From Botryllus schlosseri (taxonomy: Eukaryota), in NCBI GenBank assembly GCA_051294905.1, contig CM119371.1, positions 14,200,001 through 14,264,000 of the forward strand: a DNA stretch of 64,000 nucleotides, written 5' to 3'. The translations under genes and the position numbers were made by a program. Positions 38,308-50,900 of the stretch are shown here, in pieces (position 1 is the stretch's first letter; every line of letters starts with the position of its first letter). The notes under the pieces are model-generated. The model worked only from the letters and a program-made list of their open reading frames with translations. It did no database searches and was not told the origin of the DNA.

Positions 38308-41170
38308 CCTTACAGGAGTAGGTCATACAATCGGTCAGCAACCGCATCGACTTCGCCGACGCAAACAGCTATATGACGAACTGCAGGTGAGTATTTTCCT
38401 GCGTTTCAGTATCATCAGTCCCTTTAGTTTTAATCTTCTCGTGATTGCAATAAACTCCTACCAGTCTTTCACTCGCCGAGCCGCCCCGACTAATGTAACA
38501 AACTTTTTACCTCATTATGTGCAATGAAAGTAGCCTACAGTTCACGAATGAAGCCAAATATATTCTAAATGAAGTTTGAAAAGTCAACTCAATGGGAGAT
38601 AGATCATTCTCCTTGCAACTGTTATCCCACCATTCAGAACAATCATTGGAGCATTTTCTGTTGAAGGTTCGGCCTTGTTCATTCCGAAGATACTAAATCA
38701 AGTCTGGCACAAGCAACGACTGAACGTCTTTTTGTCACGCCATCACGTGTTTTAAGCTGTGCTTGAATTTGTGTGCGTAGTCTATACAATATACATACAT
38801 GCTGATTGCTGTTACTAACTCGCGTTCAAATAGGTAGTATTGAAATAGCAAGGTATTTATTATAGCTAGTCCCATATCTGTTCAAATGATAATTTTCGTG
38901 ATTGAGACATTATCAAATTGTTCTATGTATCCTACAGTGCATGCCTCGTGTTCCATGACGACTCATTTTGGCGCGTTCTATTTTTCAGTATGGTTGAGTA
39001 AATAAACGGTGATGAGCAAACGACGTATTTGAGTCTCATGCAAGCTGTCGCCTTACGAGGGGGACGATTTTGCAAATCCCTCCATGGCGAAGGACAACCT
39101 ATTTATATATGACATTGACGAGAATGCTGTGTCAAAAGGTCAAACAGTTGTTGCTCGCTATATGCAACGCAGCCTGCCGTGGACTCCTCTTAGCGACTTT
39201 GTCACGTGAAAATATTTGTTGAATAATGGAATCACCATCGAGCATCCCATGCCGTTCACTGGCGCGAACCGCTGTATTTCAATTTCAAGTGTTATTTATC
39301 GTCCCTAGTCATAGGCCATGTTTAAACATAATTGACTTTACTTGGGTTACCATATTTTGAAAATCGGAAAAGAGGAGACTTTTTCAAAATCCTAACATTT
39401 CGTTAACAAAGAAAAATCAAAACAGCTGATGTTGGAAGTCATGTGCTGTTACCCAGATCTGCTGTAAAAGCATATACAGGAGTATATATATACATTAGTC
39501 GGTGCATGGCACAGCGTACTTGTTGATCGCGTTTACATTGTGATGCAGGTTGCTTTCGTGGGTGTAATTTCGCTTTTTGTATTGAAACAGGAAAAGAAAA
39601 AGATAAGTGTCGGTTAGTTCATAAAGTGTAAGAATTATGCGAACCATGAATAATGACACTTCACACTGCAATTATTGGCGCAATTTTTAAGAATATATTC
39701 AGTTGCCGTGATGTAAGACTGTTTAAACAAGTTATGATAACATTAGGCTACTCATAAAAAAGATGCAAACATCTTCAAAATTATACTTTCTACTTTACAA
39801 AGTGATGTATCAGTAAGTAGTTATGTCTAAAAAATAACCACATGAGAAAGTTAACAAAACGTACTTGAGTATTCAGAAAAAGTAGAAATACTTCGTTACG
39901 TACCAGAGACCAATTTCGATGTATGTTAGTCTTCCAATACTCACAGCAACTCTATGTGCTATATCTTTCTTGGAACTGCTTCCTGTAGAAGTTTCATAAT
40001 TCTCTCGTTTTGTGCTATCATCATTTTCGAAGCATGAACACAACATACTACGCATTTTTTTATTAAAAATAACAAGTAAATACTTGAACAATAAGACGAA
40101 AAGTAGTTACAAAAATAGGTTACATAGGCAAAAGTTTCCACACAGCGGATAATTTCTTTGCGCGATCCGCGCAATCACATAATGCAGTACGAAATATGCG
40201 CTTACTTAAAGCGAAACAGAGATATTAAATCCATGGTCGCGTCGATATGACCACAAGTCAGCGGTACACTGCGTAAATCAACTAGGTGGGTTTTCCGGGT
40301 GCAAATAAATTAATGTTTCGACATTTTACGCTTTTCCTGGGATACGCGTAAACGGGACTCACCTCACCTTATACATAGGCATGGATTGGATTACTGTCGA
40401 AAACCGGATATGCATCCACGCACGATTTTCGTTTATAGTGTAAGACATGCGGAGGCAGTTATGGTCAAAGCAGTCGTCGTTAGTTAGGGTTACCATATTT
40501 CGACATCCGAAAAAGATGACACGTTAAAAAAGTTACAATATGTATAATAGCGGACGAGGAAACGGGAAATGTAAACTTTTTAAGGGAAATAATTGATTGA
40601 AAACAAAGGTCATTTTTCCAAATCGACTCCCAAATGACCCGCATCCACGTTACAAAACCCAACATGTAAAATGTCAGTAGTTTAGCCGAATTACATGTTA
40701 CGAATAACTGCAAGAATCCCAAAAACACAACCGTTGAAGCAACTAGGGCAATATATGCACAATCTACTCGAGTATTGCCGAAAACGTAAATTACATCGTT
40801 GCAGGCCACCTCCGTGTACAACACAGTACTACAATGCTTTCCGATGATGAAAACACTATGGAGTCACCGTCATAAAAAGCGATATTAGAGTGGCAAGAGT
40901 GTCTCTAGTCCCAGGCAGAGTTGCACAATTGGAAATTTCTCATTTTTTACAAATGCGATTAGAATCATAATTGTAGCTACATAGTTTTCCAAATTCCACC
41001 AGAATTAAAATTACCGAATTCCCAAACACTTGGAAATTGAATTAAATTCCGAATTGTAATGACACGCAACAGTAATCATAATCGAGTTCAGTTTATACCA
41101 AGTCAGGGCTCATTTTCATAAGCACAACAATGGCTGATGTATGTATACATGCACATTGTACAGTGTACAC

Positions 41171-41687
41171 TAGGGCTCTTCAAAAATGACTTTTTTTCTC
41201 AAATCCTACTGGCTACTTAATAAAATTGTCAGGTTACCTAATTTAAGCCTGTACACAAAATTTGGTTCAATTCCAGCCAGTAACCGCGTTGATACGGGAG
41301 AAGAAAGTTTCTATTTATTATATAAAAACAAATATTAAAAAACACTAAACATTTCTGTTCACCCCATGAAAGTGTTAGGCTGTCTATAGAAACGATGGTC
41401 ACCAAATTTGGTTCAATTCCAACCAGTGGAAGCGGAGTTATTGCCGTCGAAAAATTTGGATTTGAATAAAATAGTATTTACGATGAGCACCGCTACAATA
41501 AATAATTGAAGAATTGTCCACCGTAAATACTATTTCAGTCAAATCCAAATTTTTAACGAAAATAACTCCGCTTTGACTGGTTGGAATTGAGCCAAATTGG
41601 GTGAGCATCGTTTCTATAGACAACCTAATAATTTTATCAAGTAGCCAGTACAATTTGAGAAAAAAATGTCAGTTTTGAACACTCCTA
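41171..41687. mobile_element. Fold-back MITE, second copy (internally rearranged relative to 25806-26466)
   Basis: Same TAGGGCTCTTCAAAAATGAC terminus and arm sequence; a third degenerate piece is at about 43720-43919. Confidence 0.85.
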
Positions 41688-41910
41688 CTGTACCCGTGTG
41701 CACTGTGCAGCTAGCTTGGCTCGTTTCGCGCTATACAGTTCTCCTGTAGAATTTTCAGGAAATCAGAAATTAGATTAGAATTAGAGTACGGAAACACTTC
41801 ACAAATTAGACAAGGATTCGGTTACAGGCATATCGCTCGAATTGGTTTAATGAGAAAGCAATAGAATTATCCGGTTATTCATGCGCGATCTCAGGGTTCA
41901 CGCGCACGCT

Positions 41911-44900
41911 TCAAGCTTCCCCGCAGCTAGTAAACGTAGTGGCAGTGCTTGTCGTAGACTGCGATTTCGGTCTGTGCCGCCTTGGCAAAGTAGACCTGTC
42001 GTCATGCACGGAATCCTTGGCCTTGCGCTCGCTGAAAAATCGGCGAAACCCGAATTTCGCGATGCACTCCGACAGCACGCTTTTCCCGTCTGCCGCAGCA
42101 CCCGTGCTACCTTCGGCACCCTCCGCGTCCCGATTATTTTGAACCTTTTCGTCCGACGCGATCAATTTTGAGGACGGTGTGCACGCGTTCTTGTTCTTAT
42201 CAATCTCTGACATTATGAGGCTCTTGTTTTCAGACGCCAGCCCGTCGCGGCTAGCCCTAGTCTCGTAAGTCGCGCTTGGAGTTTGCGCTTTTAAAACCAC
42301 GCCGGGAATACTGGAAGCGCGGGCTCGGTTTCCGGTATTTGGCTTTAGTTTCTGTTTCACGCTACTAGCGATGCGCTGTACAGTCCTACACACTACGTTG
42401 GAATACAGGAACGGGTTCAAGGCGCTGTTTATCGGGAGGAACACGATGGCTGATATCTGATACATCAGGGGCTGGACACGGTAGCCCGACAGCGACACCA
42501 TGGTCGTGATGCACATCGGCACCCAGCACAGGAAGTCGGTGACTATCAGCCGGCTTATGCGGCGCCATATGACACGGTCTTCTCGCGAGCGTACTTCGCT
42601 GGAGTTGAAGGCTGAGCTTCTGCTGTGTCCTGAACAGAATAGTTCAGGTTGACTGCGATGTAAATGCACTGGGGTAGAGAGATATTGACCAGAATTTACA
42701 TTTAGAGTTAAAAAAAAGGATTAGATAATTTGGCCGGATTTTTGAATAATTTAAAGCGCGATTTGGACTTGGACGTGGAATTTCGAATCATTTTCAATTA
42801 TCGCACTACTTTTAAACAAATTTCAACTATTACCGGACTTCAACACGGATTTGGATGCGATGACAAACTAAACATTAATTAGATACAGTCGACTTGGAAG
42901 TATTCTAACGCATGGCCACTTGACTTAAGTATGGTATCGATAGGCTGAATCGACTTGAGTAGGCTGCTCCAAGAAAATACTAGGAAAGCGTTGCTAACCA
43001 CTTCTGTTCAGAGGTGAACTAGGCCTTGCGCACCAACGAATCGTGTTCATATATATCTCAACTCAACTCAACTCAAACTTACCGCTGTTCCACGCGCTGA
43101 AACGTCTGACAGTGCATACGTACATCGTCGAATACGCGAACAGGATGTATATAAAAGCGACAAAGTCGAACAGTACCACACCGGCGGTATACCCCCAGCC
43201 GCTGTCTCCCACTTTGGGAAACAACCTGCAACATTCAATTGCATACTTTAATTAACCAGGGGTCTCAAACTTGGGTCCGCGAGACACTTTTTTAGGACCG
43301 CGAGGCGCCTTCCAATTTCACACGATCCCGAAATTTATGGAATCTTGGATTTTTGGAAAGTAAAAAATTATTTCGATACAATTTTATCAATTACAATTAA
43401 CCTGATGACACCTGACGAAGGAGCGGCGCTCCGAAGCTCGTGTAATAAATGTAATTATTACTTCGCAAGTGGACAACGACGTTAAATAAGGTGTGAAAGC
43501 AACGAAGATCTTAATATTATTATCTAAATTAATGTTACGTTTCGTACTGCTTCCACTTTTACTTGTACAGTTTTCTAGACAAAATTGCCTACTTAGCGAA
43601 TCCCGCAATTTCGACAGTAGCTAACACCGAGCAACTGCTAGAAATTTGTGACTCCACGATCGAAACTGCTTTTTTAAACTTTTAAATCTTTTTTCCTACA
43701 TCCACAAGTACTTTTGACACGTTTTGGAAATGCTACTTCTACTTGATAAAATTGTTAGATTACCTAAAAACGCTGCATATCAATTTTGGCTCAATTCCTC
43801 CTACTAGTTGGAATTGAGCCAAATTTCTTGTGCATCATTTTTCAGGCTACCTAACAATTTTATGGGGTAGCCATAAAAATTTGAAAATATTCAGTGAAAT
43901 TTGAAATTGATCGGCCCTAGCCTACATGGTATAGTATATAAACGTAATTCAATCATACCTCGGTAAGCATACGCTGTCCGCAGAGTAGTACCCGTACCAC
44001 TTGTTCACCAAGCCCGCTTCCCCGCGTTCACCGCACACTTCCGAAAACAACTCGCAAAAGTTCGCCACCAAACCGGGCCATCCAAACCCGCCAAAAGTGT
44101 CCGCAGTTCTATTAGCAGCGTTCCAAGCCTCGTACACAAAGCTCCCAAACTCATCTTTCTCGATGATAAAGGAAGTGAAATGACGTAGCTTCGCCATAGG
44201 CTGCATCGCAAATGCCATGCTGCTGGTGCGTAGCGGGAAGAAAGCCACGAAAAGAGGTGGCAGCCAGCACAGCACCAAGACTCCGGCCACGAGATATCTG
44301 GCTTTAACCCGTTCGGCTTTGAACGGGCTGCGGACGCTGTAGAAGCGGTACGATGTCATCATGACCATTATCATGACGGAGGCTTGGCTTGACAGCATCG
44401 CCAGGGCGCCGATGCCGGAGCATAGTGAACTGGACCTCCACTCTTGCCACTTGGCGCAGTAGATGCCTTTGTACTGAAAGTATAATAGTCCTTTGTTACT
44501 GTCTGGTGGCGAGTAGAAGTAGAAGCAATGTCGATAATCATTACTCGAGTTGAAGTGGGATGAGCGATCTACAAGCAAGTAAAAGAGTCAGTGTTCTAGG
44601 ACAGTGTTTCGCAACTTTTTTGACCTCGTGGACCGGTAAAACGCTAAAACGAATGTTGCGGACCGATGAACCATGAAAAATTAAAAAATGTACCCTAACT
44701 TTAATTACCAAAAATGTATACAACTCATATGTAAAGTTGGAACTTTAATTTATTGCTGCATTTTTGACGCTAAATTTTTTTACGCAGTTTTGATGAAATG
44801 TCAGCAAGGAGAGGCTTGCGAAGTACTGATAAAGACCACTGCCTTGATGGTGATGGTTCGGTTTTCTTTGAGAGAAAGGCGACTTCGCTGTTTGCTAGAA

Positions 44901-47900
44901 ACAATTTCGGACAACACTCTTGCATCATTGTGACGTATGCCAAAAGTAGACCATTACCTCTCTAATACGAAACCAATGCACAAAAGTAAGATCCTAATTT
45001 CTAAATCGATTATAAGTTTGATGTTTCATGTATTTAAATATTCGACAAGCGTGTAACTTGTTGCATTTTTTAAATTGATATATAAAAATCTGATATATTT
45101 GGCGGACCGGCGGTTGAGAACCACTGTTCTAGGCCTAATTTTGCCGAAAATTGTAAACTATGCAGAGGAAGTAGTCAAAACAGGCTAGAGTACTCCAAAA
45201 CAGTCGAATTACTCCGTTACTGATAAGCCTTGGTAGGCAAAAATATATAGACCGTAGAATTACGTACATTTCTCCTCAATTACAAGTAGAGGTACCGTTT
45301 CGAAAACATGCCAAAACTATTTCAGGTCGAAGTAGACAATGAAAGGTATTACATGTTCTCAAGTACCGTAAGTGGATTCAAAAAGTTAAGTTCTTTGAGG
45401 GGTCGCCTACTTTGAAAGATTATTCAAGGGTGACTGTTTACGAATGTTCAGGGTGCATCCTTGCCACTATATAACGGACTTTCGTTACTGACCACATGTG
45501 ATTATAAGCACGCTTGTGTTGGGTTACAACGTTTGATAGGCATAAAGAACAGATTGACACGTCACACCCGCTACTAATCGCTTCACATTCGCACTCACTT
45601 CGATGGCTTTGATTCCCAGTGTCAAAAGATAAATTCCCATGAGGAAATCCGCTATCGCCAGATTTAGGACCAGGATCTTGTTGCAAATGCCGACCCTCGC
45701 GCGGTTTGTTGTTATCGTGCCGCGCTGATAGGCGATATGCAGTTCCATCGAGCACGCGCGTATCACCATCGCGTTTCCCATAATGGCCAGCAACGCTAAC
45801 ACCCACGTACAGGTAAGGAAAATCGGATTCTTCATCATGTTCTGACCTGTTGAATGGGTATGGTATTAGCGTACGCAATCGAAATATCAAGCATTTAAGA
45901 TAAGTGCAGGCATTTAGGCATTTAAGTCGAAAAGTAAACTACGTAGTTATGAAGAATTGAGCTGGTAGTATTATATTCAGAGATGTTCAGTAACGATGTA
46001 ATTTTTTGGGCTATTCAAGTATGTTTTTTCTACGTGCATTTATCATTGAAATGGCTTATGTTTTTACACTACCTCTATAGTCTATACTGCTACTTCAATG
46101 TCTTAGGTTAACCTACTTGTAAAGTACAAAGTAGATGGTGTTTGTCGACTACAATGGTCATTTACACCAAGCCGATATTCGTTATTTTTGAATCCGCAAC
46201 TGCCGACTTGTAGCAAGGCCCCACTTCAAGGCTTTTCAAGACACCGCTTACACGGATGAGATGGCGAGGGGGAGCCTAGATAAACCTCCAACACTTGGGT
46301 AGGAATTCTGGAGTCGACCTCAGTCGGACTCGAACCCACAACCCATTGGTGTTGTAGCTGTGGATTATACCACTACGTTATCTCGCCACCAACATCCCTC
46401 TTATGAGAGGAAGTGTCGTACTAACTGGTCGAAATGGCGCCGGTATCATAATACACATATTTGTACTGTCCTTGGTTGTTTTGCGTTTGTCGTGAAGATC
46501 TCCGCTATCATTCCGAAGTAATCACATCTGATTAATTGCTAAAAGTATGTGACCATCGAATCTACTTTCTGAGAGTTCTCACTTGGCTACTTTTAAATCA
46601 CTGACTTTCTACTTCCACTTGAAGAAGTTTGGAATGTCTTGGAAATCGCTATACTTGTACTTGTAATTGAGTAGAAATTTGCGTTTTTGCGTCTACTTCT
46701 ACTTGAGTACGAACGCTGACAACTTTAATCACCCCATACCCTGATTATAACACTGGGCAGCAATTTTGAACGAAAAATTTATTGACTTCGATTCTGCACT
46801 AATTTTGGCGGTCAACTAACTAACGTTTTTTAGTAGTTCTACTTATAGTAGCAGTATTTCAAAATTGAGCAGTTCTAGTTCCAGTTCTAGCTCCAGTTGC
46901 GGATTTTGAGAAGTGGGTAGTTCCAGTTCTAGTTGCAGAGTTTGAAAATTTACTAGTTCTAGTTCTAGTTTCAGATTTGAAAAATAAACATTAGTTGACG
47001 AACAACTAGAAAGCACATGTATATTCGTTTTACGTCAATCGAGACAGCGGTGTTCTGTTGAATGATGTTTGTGCACTGTGTGTGTACTCTGTGCAGCCAT
47101 TACTAGCTCAGAGTCATCACGACTAACAGCGGCGTATAGCCAGCGCATGGTGGAATTTTGGGGTCGAAATCTGTCCCGTTTCTAACTCGAAACCCCGTCC
47201 TTCGGAAATGTCCATTCTATGTCAAATATTTCCGATAAATTGAAAATTCAGTGCGGTTATTAACATCTAATTACTTCGGAACCCCTACACCAGAGATGGG
47301 CAATTATTTTTCTGAGAATGAGAAGCTGGAACTACGTTGGCGGGCCAAGTCAACGGTTTGCATTATATTCTGCTGTGTATTAATTTTCAAATGTCGCTAG
47401 TTCCGGTTTCGGTTCAAGTTGCGGGTTTTGAAAAGTGAGTAGTTCAGGTTCTAGTCTTAGTGGCAGATTTTGAAAAGCTGGTAGTTCTAGTTCTAGTTGC
47501 TAGTTTTAAGAATTGAATAGTCCTAGTTCTAGTTGCGCCTATTGAGAATCCAGTAGTTTGTATCAGTGTGATGAGTCATCGCTGAATCCACACATCAACC
47601 CTCGGGAAGTACTGAATGACTACTACGAACCATATTTTAGCTGCCGACATTACAATGGCATTGGTCACGGAAAATAATCTCAATTGAAACGTGTTACCAT
47701 TATTGGGATACTCTGAATCCTGGCATGTGTATCAGATTCATTAGTGCGTACCGCTAAAAACCCACGTGCCATAAGCAAAGAAATTACTGAATCTGGTCTT
47801 GATCGAAAGCTACTGTTGCACCGATTCCGAAAATATAAATTAAAATAATGATCAGGCACTGATCCACCTAGAATCCGTCCTCCAAGTCTGACATATCGGC

Positions 47901-50900
47901 ATTGTTCGAACAATCGGAGAGTCGCAACGGGTCATTGTTATGGCCATTGTGTTGCGGCTACCCGATTGTTCTGAACAATGCCGATATTTCAGACTTGGAG
48001 GACAGATTCTAGGTGGATCAGTACCTGATCAATATTTTAATTTATATTTTCGGAATCGGTGCAACAGTAGCTTTCGATCAAGACCAGATTCAGTAATTTC
48101 TTTGCTCGGGAAGATAGCTTTTGGATTGCCAGAAATCCTACAGTCGCTTACGCAAAACAATTCTCCACTCCAGCCTCAGCGAAGCGGAACGAAGCTGCAA
48201 GATCGGTCGTTGCCGTTCCATGTTTAATTGCTAGTGGAATTAATCTGTCAGGGATATAAATGAATGTAGACGTTTTCAGGTGATTTTGATACGGGTTTAT
48301 TTACAATAAGAGCGCCTTCTAGCATTAGTTACACTTCCTTAAAACACTTTCGACAGCATCGTAATTTCATTACACAACCTACTAGAGTAGCCTACATGGT
48401 TATTGACGATATTCGTTATTAACATATTAAAATATTACTGCTTGGGCCGTTACGTCGACTACTCACCGCTGGAGAAACTGTCTTCGCTGTAATCACACTC
48501 GTCCTCGCCGAATTGGCAATCCAACTTGCCGTCTCCGAATTTCTCCGGAAGCAGCCCGGGTAGCTTGTGGTCGCTACAGTAACGCCGGCCGGGACAACCG
48601 ACTTCGTCAGCGCCGTTATCGCAGTCTAGCACCATGTTGCACCTGGTATAATATCTCCAGGTCAAGTTTTACATTAACGTTGAGGTATAACGCATTTGGA
48701 CATTAAACATGTGAACTACACACTGTGAATGAAAAAACGTGTATTTCACGTATAAATGTAGGTGAAATTCTAATAATGTCAACTAAGCATGTAGCAGGGA
48801 GCAGTTGTTTGTTTGTTTTGGGGTATTCATGGTGTTTGTCGACTACTATGGTCATTTACACCAGGCCGATATTCTTCTTATTTTCCGTAACTGCCGACTT
48901 ATAGCACGGCCCACCTCTAGGCTTTTGTAAGACACCGCTGACGCGGATGAGCAGTTAAATCAGGGGTGTCAAACATACGGCCCTCGGGCCACATCCGGCC
49001 CGCCAGACGATTTCATCCGGCCCGCGAAGCAATTCTGAGTATATTGAAAAATTCCTATATTTTACAGTACATTTGTAATAAATGGCGAGATTTTTTGCAC
49101 GAAATACTTTCATGTCCATAGGGCCCATTGCAACCACCCGACCACGACGGTGTGGTTTCACTCTGTAGTTACCACTAGTAAGAAGTTGGTGAAATTGACA
49201 ACCAATTTCAAGAAGGCAAGAAGTGTTATGGAACAATTGCCAAAAAAGTAGTTATGCACAGAAGCGAAAACGCCGATGCGGAACCGTTATATATGCAGTT
49301 TCAATGGAATTTATATTAGTTGCACAAATATATAATCAAAATATCTATGGTCGCACTGCTGTGTCTCTTTCGACCCAATAGATACCCAGATATAAGAGAA
49401 ACCCGACCCGCGGTCCAATAATAATAAACCAGATTCCAACGTCCGCGTTTCCAATTAAATATCTTGTATTCCTCGCAACGCATGTGCAGGGCTAACGCCA
49501 GATTACGAATAAATCAAAGGGAGCATAGAATATGCCAACTTATATCGTTCCCAACGCCGCTGTTTCAGCGGTTCTTACTTCTCAAGTGTATATTCAACCG
49601 GACAATCATCGTATTTTTGCCAATTCATTTGTTAGCGAATAAAGGTGTTGCGACTTGCTACTTAAAAAACCCCATCCATGGTCCTTGTATTATCTATATC
49701 TATATGCTTTCAAGGTATTCAAGTGAAAAGCAAGAGCATGAGGTAATATATTATAATCCGTTGAGTCGTCCGGCCCGCGGGCGATTCGAAGGCTTGAATC
49801 CGGCCCGCGACGCACTTTGAGTTTGACACCCCTGAGTTAAATGAATCTAGACACTCACCTCTCCAGTTTATCATACGTGGAGTTAGAGGAATCGTTTCCG
49901 CACGCGATCCTATCGCATCCGACCTCGTCTGTGGCATTAATACAATCCACCAACCCATCGCATATGTAGAAATTGTTGGATTCGTCGTCTATCTTCGCGC
50001 GTGCTGCTTCGTCGATGGGCATGCAGTTATGTGTGCCAAGCAAAATATGTCTACAGAATTCCGGCGTTTCTTCACATTCCGCCCCGCATTCATCATCCAA
50101 ATACAAGCCACATCTTGGACGTTTATCGCATTTAGTCACTTCGATGTCATTCAATCCATTAGGAGCACACGTAAAAAGACTTTCTCGTTCAGAAGTTGTG
50201 TTTATGCATTTCGGACAGTCTTTCAAAATAAGGCCATTGATATCTGTGAATTCGGACTTGGCAAGGCAACTGTATCCAACCGTACTGTTACCCCAAGAAA
50301 TTTGATCACTGTTGCAGTTGCGTTGGCTCTCGCAGAAGGCGACGGTCTCGTTAGATTTGTGACGACACAGGCATTCGTCACTCAAATCCAGACAGTCCAA
50401 TATGCCGTCACAGACCTGCTTGATGTTGATGATCAGCCCGTCTAAGCACTGGAAACATTTTTCGATGTCTAGCGTGCCGTTATGCTTAAAACATATGTCG
50501 CGTTGATCGGGACAAGTGGAATAGACAGTCAAAGTCGGATCATTAGCATGACGCCATCGGTCAATCAGTTCACGTGGCAGCGTGCATCGCTGTCCGTTTA
50601 CCTCTGGTGTTTTGTAGAACGTTTGTAACGGACACTTGAACCCTACTTGTTGCCTAGGCTCGTCTTCGCCACCGGCACACGAGCGGGCACCGTCGCAGAA
50701 ATCGGAGAAATCTTTATCGCGGTTTTCATGCTCTCTGCACTTGCCACCGATGTACACGGTCGTGTTGTCGCATTTCATAACGCTCTGGAATCTGACGTCC
50801 CGCGAACAGTTGAATTCGTCGTCGTTCAGGTCGATAGTGCAATCGCAGGGCTGAACGAGTCATAAGGCGTTGAATGAAGGAAATATGCATCAGTAAAAAA

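Noticed and set aside
41881..42171. Plus-strand ORFs overlapping the LDLa-GPCR (also 44001, 49973-50865)
   Set aside because: Antisense shadows of GC-richer coding exons.
47680..48227. Two near-identical ORFs on opposite strands
   Set aside because: Mirror artefact of the 47774-48106 inverted repeat.
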